From the human T2T-CHM13v2.0 reference genome, Homo sapiens: DNA of 64,000 nt. Positions 43,801 through 58,732 of the stretch are shown here, piece after piece (position 1 is the first letter of the stretch; every line of letters starts with the position of its first letter). The stretch is taken from the NCBI RefSeq assembly GCF_009914755.1, contig NC_060948.1; one strand, given 5' to 3'. Position numbers and translations under genes: made by a program. The notes under the pieces are model-generated. The model was not told the origin of the DNA. It did not search any database and saw nothing but the letters and a program-made list of their open reading frames with translations.

Positions 43801-44074
43801 GATGTTGAACTGCATATTAGTCTTTTTTTGTGCTTCTACTGCACAATTTTCATTCCTTTTTGTGACTTTTATCTTTTGTTGGTTTCATTTATTTATTTTT
43901 ATGTTTTTTTCTTTATTTCTATTTTACTGATTAAGCATCATTGACACGGTGATTTTCACTTTTTAGCACTTTTTTTTTTTCTTTTTAAAAATAGATCTAA
44001 ACTAACCCAAATCGCCTCTGGTAATTTTTATATTACCATTTATATCTCCATTTTTTATAACTGATTTCTGGATA

Positions 44075-44181
44075 TTTCACCATGTTGACCTGGCTGGTCT
44101 TGAACTTCTTACCTCAGCTGATCCACCCACCTCAGCCTCCCAAATAGCTAGAATTACAGGTGTGATCCAATACTCCCAGCC
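44075..44181 (-). mobile_element. Alu left-arm fragment
   Basis: TTTCACCATGTTGACCTGGCTGGTCTTGAAC..CTCAGCCTCCCAAA..CCCAGCC. Confidence 0.85.
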
Positions 44182-44733
44182 GTTCCCCATATTTCTCACT
44201 GAGATCCTGCAGTCAGCTGGATACCCATAGTCTGCCTATGATACTGAAGTCTTTCTTTTTTTGTAACAGTTATTTGTCTTTAGTCTCAGTCAAAGTATAC
44301 CATCTTTCCTTTCAACACTGTCTTGGAATATAGGAATTTGTCTTTGGTAAAAACTCAAAAAGCCAGAAGCATGGACATGTCACTGTTTTATTTATTTTTG
44401 AAGGGGTAAGACAGGAGTTGTCAGTCTCTACACTTTTCATAGGATAAAATATGTGTGTAGTGGGTAAATATGAAATACTTTTATTACACTCCTATGTGGT
44501 TCTTGGCATTTTGCTCACTTGGTGCTGCAAATGCTTAACTGAGTCTTGGACTTCTCACAAAGGCATTTTGGTAAGTATATTATGTTAAACTTATATGTTT
44601 ATAAAGGAATTAGGCCCTGTGGTATTTTATTGTCACCTTGTTAATGTGCTTTGTATAATTACACATTTGTCAAGTGTATTCACCTGAGTCGAATGAGGGA
44701 GAAATTTTGTCTTTTTTTGTTTGTTTGTTTCAG

Positions 44734-45520
<787 letters not shown>

Positions 45521-45549
45521 AACGACTGATGAAGACCATTTACTTAACA

Positions 45550-48241
45550 TCTTGGAGGGTCTCTAAGAACTTGGTTTATAATCTGTATGTTTCTGTATTG
45601 GGTGCATATATAGCACTTTACTCTTATGTAATGTTCTTTTTTGTCTTTTTAAAAAAATCTATGTTGACTTAAAAGTCTGTTTTGCTAGAAACTATAATCT
45701 CAACGGCTGCTTTTTTCCTGTTTTCTATTTGCTTGGTAGATTTTTCTTTTTCAATTTATTGTTATCTTATTTTAGATGGGTGTCTCAGTTACAGCATACC
45801 CTTGGATATTAACTCTGCATGCAATTTGCCACTCTGTTTTTTAACTGGGATATTTAGCCCATTTACATTTAAAGTTAGCATTTTTATGCGTGGATTTGAT
45901 TCTGTCCCTGTGATCTTAGCTGGCTAATTTTCACATTTATGTAGTTGCTTTATAGTGCCAGCTGTTTATGTACTTTAGTGGGTTTTTTGGGGGTTTGTTT
46001 TGTTTTGTTTTGTTTTTGTTTTGTTTTTATTTTGTTTGTAGTGACTTGTAATAGTCTCTTATTTACTGCTTTCTTCAGAAGCTCTTGTAAGGCCGGTCTT
46101 GTGGTAACAGAGTTCCTCAGCGTTGGCTTATCTGAATAGGATTATATTTATTTTTTACTTCTGTAGCTTGCTTTGGTAAGATATAGAATTCTTGTTGTGA
46201 GAAGTCAGGGACTCTGAATGAAGGCACCTGCTGAAGCCATGGCAGAAGAACATAAATTGTGAAGATTTCATGGACATTTGTCAGTTCTCCAAATGAATAC
46301 TTTTATAATTTCTTATGCCTGTCTTTACTGCAATCTCTGAACATAAATTGGGAAGATTTCATGGACATTTATCACTTCCTCAATCAATACTCTCATAATT
46401 TCCAATGCCTGTCTTTACTTTAATCTCTTAATCCTTTCAACTTCATAAGCTGAGGATGTACGTCGCCTCAGGACCCTGTGATGATTGCGTTATCTGCACA
46501 AATTGTTTGTAAAGCATGTGTGTTTGAACAATATGACATCTGGGCACCCTGAAAAAGAACAGGATAACAGCGATGTTCAGGGAACAAGGGACACAGCCAT
46601 GAGGTCTGACTGCCTACGGGGCCAGGCAGAACAGAATCATACTTCTCTTCTTGCAGGAAGTGAATAGGAGAAATATCCTTGAATTCTTTTCTCAGCAAGG
46701 AATAGCCCTGGGAAAAAAAGGCATTCCCAGGGGGAGTTCTCTAACATGGCTGCTCTGGGAGTGTCTGTCTTATGCAGTTGAAGATAAGGGATGAAATACT
46801 TCCTGGTCTCCTGCAGTGCCCTCAGGCTTGCTAGGATTAGGAAATTCCAGCCTGGCAAATTCTAGTCAGATCCGTTGTCTGCTCTCAAACCCTGTTTCCT
46901 GTTAAGATGTTTATCAATGATAGTGCATGCCCATTGGGACATGGACCTTCATCAGTAATTCTAATTTCACCTTTGCCTTGTGATCTTGCTCTGCCCCCTT
47001 GCCTTGTGATCTTTTATTGCCCTATGAAGCATGTGAACCCTGTGACCCACTCCCTATTCATACACCCCTCCCTTTTTGAGATCCCTAATAAAAACTTCCT
47101 GGTTTTGTGGCTCAGGTGGACATCACAGAACCTGCTGACATGTGATGTCACTCCGAGAGGCCCAGCTGTAAAATTTCCCTTTTTTTTTTTTTTTTTTTTT
47201 TACTCTTTCCCTTTATTTCTCAGACCAGCCAACACTTAGGGAAAATAGAAAAGAACCTATGTTGAAATATTCGGGGCCGGTTCCTCTGAAAATTCTTGTT
47301 TGGAATTCTTTTTTTTTAAAGAATGTAGAATATTGGCCCCTAGTCTCTTTTGAGTTGTAGGATTTCAGCTGAAAGGTTTGTTGTTTGTCTGATGGTCTTC
47401 TTTTACAGGTGGCCTGGCCTTTCACTCTAACTGCCTTTAACACATTTTTTTCTTTCATTTTGACCTTGGAGAATCTCACGATTTCGTGTCTTGAGGGTGA
47501 CCTTCTTGTAGGGTATCTTACTGGGGTTCTCCACATTTCCTTCATTTGAATGTTGACCTCTCTGTCTAGGCTGGAAAAATTCTCATGGATGATATCTGGA
47601 AATAGGTATTTCAAGTTGTTTTCATTCTTCCCATCAATTTCAGATGTTCTTTTTAATCATAGATTTGGTTTCATTACATAATCCTGTATTTCTTAGAGAC
47701 TTTGGTTCATTTCTCTGTATTCTTTTTTCACTATTCTTGTCTGTCTTATTTCAGAAAGCCAGTCTTGAAGTTCTGAGATTCTTTCCTCTGCTTGGCCTAT
47801 TCTGTTGTTAAGACTTTTGATTACATTATAAAGTTTTGTATTGTGTTTTTCAGCTCTATCAGGTTGACCACATTTTCCTCCTGATTGGCTGTTTTTTCCA
47901 TTAATTCCTGCAATTTTTTCCTTTTATTGCATTGGGTTGCAACTTACATTTGTAGCTCAATGAAGTTTATTTCTATCCATATTCTGAATTCTACTTCTGT
48001 CATCTTAGGCCTTGCTGAAATGACCAAATTACATAATTTGGTCATTTGGATGAAAGAAGTCACTGTGGTTTTTTGTGTTTTCAACATTTTTGCACGGATT
48101 TTGTCAAATCTTTGTGGGCATATCTTTGAGGTTGCTGACATTTGAATGGAGTTTTTTTTTTTTTTTTTTAATCCTATTCAATGGCCTGTAATATCCAATT
48201 GTGGTATAAAGTAGATTGAGCCTACGGGCTTTGTTCCTGGG

Positions 48242-48277
<36 letters not shown>

Positions 48278-50973
48278 GTGGCAGGGAGACAATGCTCAGC
48301 TCACAACTCAGAGGCTGCATACTCTGGGGCAGTTGTATTTGTTTCCAACCATCTTCTCTGGCTCCTTGATATTTCAAGTCCATCACTTTGTAGGACTAGC
48401 ATGCCGCAGCTGCAGCAAAGTGGTAGTGGATATGGGTTTTCTGCCTGCCTCTGGGCATTTACCTTAGTGGCAGGAGCAAAGAAGTTGGGAGGTGACTGAG
48501 GACGTAACTGCTGGACACTGTGTGTGCTGTTGCGCTAATAATGGTTGGTTGTGTTAGCTTGGTGCAGGAAGCTGGCCAGTGAATGTTTGATGCCTTCTTT
48601 GTGCCCCACCAATAAAGAAGTGATTGTTCAGAGTGTGGGAGAATACACAGTTCTCTGCACAGTGTTAACACAAAGGCAGAGTTGTGCCTTTCTGGCTCTC
48701 TGCCCACCAAAGCTTCATCTACAGTAGAAGCTGCTGTGGGTGGCAGGGGAATACTGCATTCTTATTTGCTGATGGATCAAGCAAAGTCCAACCCACCTTT
48801 GCAGACATGTGCCACCAAAGTAATATCAGGAGTTGCCATGGTCTCTGGAGAAGCTGCAGTATGGGGAACATACCTGTGTGCTGGTGCAGCCACAGGGGCT
48901 GCTTTGCTGGAGCAGTTAGGGCTCAGGCATCGTCCACCAATGCAGATGCCATGGTATGGTAAACTACTCTTCCAGAGGAGCTGAGACTGCCCTGTAAGTG
49001 GCTGCAGCCAGACTGGGACCCTGGGAGAGACCAGCAGACCAAGGAGTGCTCAGTTGGAGACGCTTCTTCTCATTTGCAAGACTATCCTGCAGAAATTAGG
49101 TCCAACAGGTTCTCTAGGGCTAAAGTCTCTTATGAGAGAAAGTTTAGCCTAGAGAAATGGCCATCACTGGCCACACTTTCCTACAGATGCTTTTGTGCCA
49201 AACCCACTGGACACCACATAAGCTGGCTTGCTGGCCCACCTCTTTGCTTCTCTTCTGGGGGGCTGCATCTCAGAGAGATGTAGGTCAGCAATCCCTCAGT
49301 GCAGTCAGCCCAGGATGGAGGAGCTCTGCTTTTGGCCAAGTAGAGGTTCACTGTCTGGTGAGGAGCAGTGAGGAGTGTGTGAAACCCAAGGAGGATGGAC
49401 TGGCCTCTTCTCCTTGGGTAAACTGCAGCTTGTTTAAGGTGTGAATAACGCACTTAAGTTTTTGGACTGTTCATTAGCCTGAGGGAAGCAAGGACAGTTC
49501 TACTGCAGGGGCAGTGGCAGAAGTATTTTCAATTGCTGCTGGAGTCTCTGTCCAGGGAATTGCTAACTTGCTACTGGCTCAATAACTCTGGGAATGATTG
49601 GCTAGTGGGCCAGTCCTGGAGAACCTTCCCAAAGAGAATATAGGAGAACAGGCCCTTACGTAACAATCTGGCCACTTTCTGAAGGGCTGTTGGATTATCC
49701 TGAGTGTCCATTGCAGTTTCTAGTCATCTCCAATTTTCCAGTATCTGAAGTTATCACCAGTAAATGCTGCAAAACAACAACAATGGCAACATGCCCTTTT
49801 CTCTGGGAGCCCTGTCCCAGGGAGGTTAGACCTGTTTCCAGCACAAAAGCACATATAGGAGGTAGCTAAAAATCTCAGTTGAAAGATCTTACCCAGTGAG
49901 GGTGACATAATTGGGGACCCACTTGAAAAGCAATCTAGCCACATTTCTGTAGGACAGCTCTGCTGGGCAGAGGTACCACTTCCACCCTCAGTTTATTTGG
50001 ATTCTCAAAAGCCAGAAGGCTGGAACAGCTAAGTCACACAAACAGCAAAAAGGGCAGCTCACTCTTCCCTCCAGGAACTGTATCCCAAAGACATTTCCAA
50101 ATTCCATCGATCAAATAGCACCAGTGGTGGTAGATGGACACCCTGGTTGGAAAGTATTTCCCAGTGAGGAGGAATGAGATTGCAGACCTGCTTTAACAGG
50201 CAATCTGGACATGTCTTTTTACAGCACCTGTACTGTGCTAGGAGATTCTTTCTGTCCCCAGTCGGCTTGAGCTCTTCAAAGCCTGAAGGCTGGAATGGCT
50301 AACTTGCCAAAGCAGCAAAGAGGGTGGGCCACCCCTCTTTCTGGTAGCTCCATCACGTGGAGGTGAAATGCTGTTATCAATGGTTGGCTGGAATTGTAAG
50401 CCAGTAGATCTTACCCTGTGAGGAATTGTGGAAATGAGTCCTACAGACCATCGCTGCTCAGGCCCCTGGATTCTGCCTGTTTCCTATGGGAGTGTACAAG
50501 GATGTAACCTCCTGCTTTGCTGGAGTTGCAGCTAATTTTTCTTGGAAGCCTGGAGAGCCAGATTATCTAAGGCTCTTGAATCTCTGCACTGGCCTGGGTG
50601 ACTGCTCTGCTGTGACTCCATGTAGCTCTGTTTGTTAAACGGAAGGCCATAATGAAGTGGGTTAACGAGGGTATCTCCTTACCTGAGGGTTGCAAAATCA
50701 GTGACAGAATTGTGGGTTGCCAGGGTCACACATGCAATTACTGATTTACTGGGTGGAAAGTTTCCCTTGGCTTCTTGTTTTTCCCGGATGGCCCATTATT
50801 CTACCTTCCTTTACTCCATTCTCCATTAGATAAGTCGTTTCTTTGATTGTTCCCAATGCTAGTACCTGGATGTTTCAGTTTAAGGTGCTGTATTTATGCA
50901 TATTTTGCATTTCTCTCTGTGAGAACTACGCAGTCCAGCAGATTCTAGCTGGCAATCTTGACTACTTTCCTCT
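45550..50973 (-). mobile_element. LINE-1, older primate L1PA/L1P type: 5'UTR, ORF1 and start of ORF2, 3'-truncated, split by a MER11 LTR
   Basis: ORF 47213-47614(-) gives DIIHENFSSLDREVNIQMKEMWRTPVRY..SRHEIVRFSKVKMKEK, homologous to ORF1p. ORF 47944-48141 has MTEVEFRIWI. Antisense endonuclease-region sequence at 45550-45930. 5' terminus-like CAAGATTGCCAGCTAGAA (minus strand) at ~50,960. Confidence 0.9.
46193..47290 (+). mobile_element. MER11 solo LTR (HERV-K11/HML-8)
   Basis: Starts TGTTGTGAGAAGTCAGGGAC..GAAGCCATGGCAGAAGAACATAAATTGTGAAGATTTCATGGACATT, has AATAAA at ~47,087 and ends GAACCTATGTTGAAATATTCGGGGCCGGTTCCTCTGAA. Perfect 6-bp TSD AATTCT (46187-46192 / 47291-47296). Confidence 0.92.
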
Positions 50974-51008
50974 AAAAGAAACCTACCTTTTTATTTTAAA
51001 AGAAATTA

Positions 51009-51345
<337 letters not shown>

Positions 51346-51554
51346 TTAACTCTTACATTTGATGCTCTCTTCATTTCTAGTGTTTATGTGAAAGAACATG
51401 GTCAATTGTTGCTGTACCAGAGTTATGAGAGGTTCTTCTAAATTAGATAGACAGATTTATATTCTTTTTCATGGAAGGTTAAGAAAACTGAAATCTAATG
51501 TAAATGAAGAAAATCTTAGTAGAAAGGCTACTTAATGGTTGGTTTACAGCAGTA

Positions 51555-51898
51555 TTTTTGTTTTGTTTTGTTTTGTCTTGTTTTTGTTTTTGTTTTTGTT
51601 TTTTTGGAGTTGGAGTTTCACTCTTGTTGCCCAGGCTGCAGTGCAATGGCCCAATCTCTGCTCATTGCAACCTCCAATTCCCAGGTTCAACCAGGTTCAA
51701 GTACTTCTCCTGCCTCAGCCTCTCGAGTATCTGGGATTACAGGCATGCACCACCACGCCTGGCTAATTTTGTATTTTTAGTAGACACGGGGTTTCTCCAC
51801 GTTGGTCAGGCTGGTCTCAAACTCCCGACCTCAGGTGATCTGCCCGCTTCAGCCTCCCAAAGTGCTGGGATTACAGGCATGAGCCACTGCATCTGGCC
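51555..51898 (-). mobile_element. AluSq/Sp-like with (GTTTT)n tail
   Basis: GAGTTTCACTCTTGTTGCCC..GCAATGGC. TSD GTT(T/A)ACAGCAGTA on both sides. Internal 10-bp duplication CCAGGTTCAA. Confidence 0.95.
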
Positions 51899-53529
51899 AT
51901 GTTAACAGCAGTATTATATGTGACAGGATGATAGGAGTGTTTTAAGTGATCAGGATAGCATTCTGCACAGTAAGAGAAACCATATGAATTTTAGAAGAAA
52001 ATTCCTTTACCATTTGCAAATTAATGTAATTAAAATACAGTGAATTTAAAAATGCCTTTTTAATGGCAATGTGTGAACTTAATTTGTTTTAATAAGCCAA
52101 AATTGTTGTTTTTGTGTTATGGCTATTTTACATTGAATGTGTATTTTGCCACTGATGTTAACTTTTCCCATCTTACTCAAGGTTGTAGGTAACAGATGGT
52201 AACAATATACTATCTGGTGACAGTGAAATAACATCTCTAGTGGTTACTTTGTTAGTGGTCTTTAACTGAAAATAATTTTGAGAATATGGTTTCTAGCACT
52301 TACATTTTTGTTTTTCTTGTAACTACAGATTATTATGATGGTTGCAATGAAGACTTTGAGTATAATGGAACTACATGTTTCAGAATTCTGAACAACTATT
52401 TAAAACATTTTATCCAACTTTTTTTTAAAAATATGACTTCTCTGGTCTGCTAAACATATACAGACTTTCAGTTTTGGTTTACATGGTTTTAAATATACAG
52501 ATATATCACTGTAAAATAAACTTTAGGTGTAACAGATTTATAGAGAATAATCGTATTTGTTTACGGTCATGTACCTACTTTGAGAAGAAAAGAAAAATAT
52601 TAGAATGAAATAGGTAGTTATACAAGCATTGATAAGTCACCAGCAAACCAGAATCTTCAAAGAATTTGAAAGCAAATTTATTTTCTCTGCTTTGTATTAA
52701 ACGTATTTATCTAATATGTCATTGCTCCTGGCTTTGAAATATCTTATGCAAATTACTTTTTTTATATCTGTTCATTTGTGGCTAACTGTAAACATAATAC
52801 ACAATTTTGTTTTTGTCCAATTTTGTAAAACATTATTTGTATAATTTCCTCACAGATTATGAAAGTGGCTTTGGTAAAATATAATGGTGTTCCCAAAATA
52901 ACTTTCACATGTGAGTAATTTCACAGTGTGTGCATTATTGAATGTTATTTATTTAGTATATTTTATATTTTGTTTCAATTAGAAAATGCGATTAATCCAA
53001 TTTTTGTTTAGTTATTGTTCATTTTACTTCATAAAATTGATATAATTGAGCTGATTAAATGCATAGGGCCAATTTATTCAAGTAAATAGTTGAATGTTTA
53101 ATAAGTCATGAGGTCTTTTTGGCATATACACGAAGTAAAAAAGACAAAACTAGCTATGTAATAGAAGCTACATGATTAAAAAATAGTCTTTTTAAAATTA
53201 GCCTACTGTCTCTAGTGAAAAATTGAAAACATCTATAATAAATGACATTAATTGTTCTCAAAAAGAGATCATAATTGTATGAAAACCTTGTAAAATTATT
53301 GGATTATGGTGCTACATTTAAACATCTATGGAGGAAGGCAGAGCGCTAGCCTATGCAGTCAAACCTGGAATGGCTGACACATGTTAAGGGTATTCACCAC
53401 AGGTATTGAAACCTAAAATGCCCTGAACTCTTTTCATTTAGATTAACAAAATATGGTTTTAGTCTTCCTCCTCTATATTCTGGCATAGACAGAATTATCA
53501 TGCCACTTTTTTACATTTGATTTTAGGTA

Positions 53530-53824
53530 TTTTTTCTTTCTTTGAGATGGAATCTCACTCTGTTGCCCAGGCTGTAGTGTAGTTGCACAATCTCGGCTCA
53601 CTGCTACCTCTGTCTCCTGGGTTAAATCTATTCTTTTGCCTCAGTATACCAAGTAGCTGAGAATACAGGTGCCCTCCACCAAGCCTGGCTAATTTGTTGT
53701 ATTTTTAGCAGAGACAGTGATTCACCATGTTAGGCTGGATGGTCTTGATCTCCTGACCTTGTGATCCACCCACCTGGGCATGCCAAAATGCTAGGATTAC
53801 AGGCATGAGCCACCACACCCAGCC
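53530..53824 (-). mobile_element. AluS, diverged
   Basis: Antisense dimeric Alu from GAGATGGAATCTCACTC to CCACCACACCCAGCC. Confidence 0.93.
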
Positions 53825-55119
53825 TTATTTCTAGGTTTTGAAACAGCTCATCCTCAACTTAATGTCTCTGAGGACAGAAATACTGTGTGATATGGAAAAA
53901 CAAAACAAAACATTTATTATAACCTAAGTAGTCTTCCCTTCTGCCCTGCTGTCCTGGACTTTCAGAAGTGTAGTTCTGGCAGACATTACTGAAAGGTTGA
54001 TGTGGGAAACAAGCTTAAATGAAAATGGGTTGTGTGTGAAGACTGTCTTTTTAGGAACTGGCAGGATTAGCCTTCAGTTCTGGGTAGATTTTGGGCAATC
54101 AGATGATATATAAAGAGTGGTTATGTTGTATCAGGTCATAAGAAACGCTGGATTCTGCCAGTAGTAAACCTCTGTAAGAGTGGTATTTTTTGGACTATGA
54201 ATTGGGTAAATTTTTAAATATAATTGATAGGTTTGTTCTGTATATTTTCAATAATTCTTTCACAAGAGCTGTTTGCTTTATTTCTATACTGATGCAGATT
54301 CTGAGCATCTTTAATTCTGTTCATTATCAGATACTGAAAGATAAAGAATAAGTAAATGAATCTCTTTCAGTTTTTGTCGTTAATTTAGCCAGTAAATATA
54401 GTCTCATTTCTATCATCTTTAAGTTTTACTAATGAAGGCCAGAATAGATTTTTTTCTCCAAAAATTTTAGCAACTATAAAAGCATGTTTATAAAGTCACT
54501 TTTATAGATACTATAAATATCAATTGTCAAATGTGTTGATTTCTAAGATAAAATATGTGAGAATTATACTACCCAACATGACCAATAAAATGTTTTTAAG
54601 TTGTCTATATAAAACATCTATCAATTTTGAATTGCATACCTAGCTAAATTTTTTTAAGATTGAGGATAAGATGAAAAATAATTTATACAAGTAACACAAA
54701 CTAAGTTTACTGAAATTGTTTACTCATTTAAGAAATCTAATTGCATTTTAAATAAATTGCTGTCACTTGTTAGTAATTGTGTATCACATTTTTTAAATAT
54801 TTTTCTCTAAAACAGGTAACAGTTGGAACAAAGAAGAAAACAAAAATTCAATGATTGTCATAAAAATAAGTTTGAAGAAAATAAAAGGTTTATTTGATGA
54901 CCTAATTAAAATAATGTAAAGGACTAACAACTTTGTTTTTTACACATTTTTTTTTGGCAAAGGAAACCCTGACATAGTAATCTGCAGAAAATACTACTAA
55001 TTATATTCTTGAGACAACTCTTACTGAATTTGGCAGTTTGAGAATCTCCAGCACAGTCCCAGGATTCCCTAGGAATTTCTTCTAGGAGAACATCCCATGG
55101 AAATGAAGCAGAAGGCCAT

Positions 55120-55121
<2 letters not shown>

Positions 55122-55162
<41 letters not shown>

Positions 55163-55186
55163 TACACACACACTCACGCACACACA
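55122..55186. repeat. (CA)n microsatellite, imperfect at the 3' end
   Basis: Direct inspection. Confidence 0.97.
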
Positions 55187-56929
55187 ATTGGATGCTCACC
55201 CCTTAGAATCCAGTGGTTGCAAGTTGCAGAACAAGTAGGCTGTCCTCAGAGGTCCAGGGAGGGGCTATGGTCACCATCCTAGAAAAGGGGCCTGGACTTC
55301 CAGTGAGCCCTCCTGCCTGCAAGGGCCTCAGAGGCCCCTGTGCAGGCCAGCCTGGGTGCTGTGTTCTGTTCCTGGACCTTGAATCCTGCCTCACCTGCTA
55401 GCTTTTTTCACAACGAAATCAGGATGGCAATGCCCAGTGCAGTCCCACCTGAGGAAAGAAATCAAGAGTATCAAGTCCCACACCCATCTTGTAACATTAA
55501 GTGACTTATTGATTTATTAGTCAGTAAGTTAGAGCAGATTAATTCGTCAATGAGTTAGTGCTCTCTAACTCCCTAAGATTACAATCTAAAAGGAAAGCTG
55601 GGTGGCATCTGCATGAGGCTGTGCATTGGAGAAAGGATAGGTCACCTGGGCTTCAGTGAGCATGTTCCCCTAGCCAATCAGTGGAAGCACAGGATGTAAC
55701 TGGAGGTGGTGAGTGGGCTCTGTGCAGTGGCCAGGCAAATGTGGGGTGAGCAGCCAGTCACTGAGGGGATTTCATTGCCCATTTTTTGATGAGCAAATTG
55801 AATCCCCAAAGCCACAAGGCAGGAGGGGCAAAAGCACTGGCCAGAGGCATTACCATTTTTCTTCACTGGCAGCCATAAGTTTCAGACCTCCCTGGGCTTG
55901 CCTTGAGGAAGAAGATGCCTCTTCCTTGAGAGTCTAGGCACAAAAGCAGCCAGTCATGTGTGGCAAAGCCACCCACAGCCCATTTTATGGGCTCATGTGG
56001 GCCTCCTTAATCCACCGGCCTGTGAAACCCAACTGGAATTCCAGAGTCCAGAGTTCACATTTGGTTCTAGAACCAAAATTTTAGTACTCAGGCCAGAGCC
56101 AAACTGGACCTGTTAATTCCAAGACACAAGGCTCAAATCAGAGAACAGACTTGACTGTTCAGCTGCACCTAGGCAGTGTGTATACTCTTCCAAGCAGATC
56201 CCATTCTCTTCCTGCTTCCAATTATTTCACCTGCAAGTTGTTATTTGTACCAGCTCTTTCTCTACCCCGCGTATCCTATGATTTTTTGAAATTTCTGTGA
56301 AGACCGCATGAGCTAAGCATTACGGGTCACAGTGCTCTAGCCTACTCAGGCTGTGCCAGGAAGCAGATCTCTCAACCTTTCTTGACACTTAAGAGAGTCA
56401 TGAATAAATAGTACCAACTCTATGAGGAGGGCTGTCACATATTCAGACCCTTTTCTGGTCTCCGTACTAAAATACTCTTTTCTGGTCTCCTTATCAAAAG
56501 ATGCATTAGAATGACAAGGAAAATAAGGCACCAAGCTGGCAGTTCTGCCTTTTAAAGCGCAGCCTCAGCCTGGTCACAGTGAACCACAATTTCAGGGTCT
56601 TGTTCAGCATGTCATACTTTGGAAAATAGTGGAACTGGGGCCCCATATTGTCGTGGTCCGGTGAATATGGAGACGGTCACCTCAGCAGCCTGTATATACC
56701 CAGTCACACCCGTAACAAAAACAGACTCTACCAACTAAGAAGCCATCACATTAACTTATACAACTGTACCTGCAATGTGCACACACATCAGGACTTTCAG
56801 ATAAACTCCTGCCAACACAACAATTCAAGTAAAGCAATAACTATTTTGAATCTAAAATCTCAGGAAGAAGAAACTCCACTGCCTAAACCAGCCTGTATGA
56901 TGGATGAAACTGACGGTGTTATCTTGACT

Positions 56930-57530
56930 TGGGCATACCTGGTTACTGACCCTCTATAAATAGATGCTTCTGAGTGTTCAGAGTTCCAAATCTAAAAAAC
57001 CTTGTCATGGTCAACCTGGAGCTTACTCTTTATCTATGAGTAATCTGAGATACTGTCCTGAGTTCTATCTGAGAACAGTATCTCAGAGAGATCTATCTAA
57101 GACGGTGAAACCCCGTCTTAGCCAGGATGGTCTCGACCTCCTGACCTCGTGATCCGCCCGCCTCGGCCTCCCAGAGTGCTGAGATTACAGGCATAAGCCA
57201 CCGCGCCAATAATGTCTGAGCCCCTGTTCTGTCCCATCATGTGGCATAGGAATACAGGTCACACAAGGAAGTGAGGCTATTCCATTTTTGTTAAATGAGG
57301 GCTGACAGGTGAAAGCTTGTTCAGAAAAAAAAGTGCTAAATAAAAAGGCCATACAAACTGCATGTTTTTTGCAAGTGGGCCTGGTTATTCAGCTAGGCCC
57401 ACTGACACTGTACTTTCTGCTCTCTGTGGAAGTTTCCACTAAAAGTCCATATCTCATTTACTGGTTCTGAGTCTCTTCTTTGACATCTTGATCCTTGTGC
57501 CATTTCAATGGGTGTCGAGTTTGACACAAC
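56930..57530 (+). mobile_element. Degenerate LTR (ERVL-class-like, family uncertain) interrupted by an Alu-derived insert
   Basis: 3' part resembles old LTR R/U5 ends (AAACTGCATGTTTTTTGCAAG..CTGGTTCTGAGTCTCTTCTTTG..TTGACACAAC). The 5' boundary is a guess. Confidence 0.45.
57102..57207 (-). mobile_element. AluY-like left-arm fragment with a 17-bp inverted segment
   Basis: TTAGCCAGGATGGTCTCGA..GCCACCGCGCC is antisense, preceded by sense-orientation ACGGTGAAACCCCGTCT. No poly-A tail. Confidence 0.9.
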
Positions 57531-58333
57531 TTACCCCATAGTGAGGAAGGATTTCAGACTCTGCTCAGTGTGCTTCAAAGCTCACCAAGGCATCAGCTAT
57601 AGAAGGATGAATTTATTTTTTTTACCACTCTCATCCAGGCCTCTTTTTTTAAATGTACAATCAGTGGAATACAAAGAAAGACCAGTAAGAAACATATCGT
57701 GGTCAGAAGCAAGATTAATGCCAAAATGAGCTGTGACTGCTTTGGTAGTAAAAAGTAGCATTTTTTCTTTATCCTCTGGGCAGCCCTCAACTTCTTTCAC
57801 CACTTTTTGGCTTCAGCAATGGTTTTTAAGCTCCATTCTGCCTCTGGAGGAACCATAAGCCATGGTTGGCAAATGTCTTTACTTAATCCTGCTGCAAGAA
57901 AGCTTTCTCCTGACAAACATGACCTCTGTGATTATGAGCTTATAAGAAATCTAAACAATGCCCAATCTTAAAACTTATGAAACGGAGATGAGTAGGTCTG
58001 AGGGAAACAATTTCCCACAATTTCCTTTGGCAAGTTCAAAAAATTGTGATGGTAGACAAGTGTATAGAAGAGGACAGCATAGTATAATTCCTCATCATGT
58101 GAGTTTAGAGCCAACAGTTTTTAATCCTAGCTGTGAGGGCTCCAAATAAAAACCAGAAGTTAACTCACTGCATCTGTCAATGACTAATTGAACATTTTGT
58201 CTATCACAGTGAGGAGTCTTCATTGAGGATTTTCCCATTGAATATATAGAGATAAAGACTGGAAAAGGTAAAATAGCAACTCCATGAAATCCTTAGATAA
58301 AATGTAGAAATGTTCATCTCCTCGTATCATTAG

Positions 58334-58690
<357 letters not shown>

Positions 58691-58732
58691 AATAAATCAG
58701 TTATATGTCAAGTTAATATAAAAAAAAATTTC

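Noticed and set aside
47213-47614. L1 ORF1p-like ORF as active coding sequence
   Set aside because: Partial, frameshifted, and runs into the MER11 insertion.
51504-51905. 133-aa ORF and similar ORFs at 8890, 11590 and 58340
   Set aside because: Typical Alu-derived open frames.
52510-52525. AATAAA as the ZNF pseudogene polyadenylation site
   Set aside because: The hexamer is common in this AT-rich region and there is no independent support.
56080-56420. Possible additional old LTR remnant
   Set aside because: LTR-like composition and an AATAAA, but I could not identify termini, a TSD or a family.
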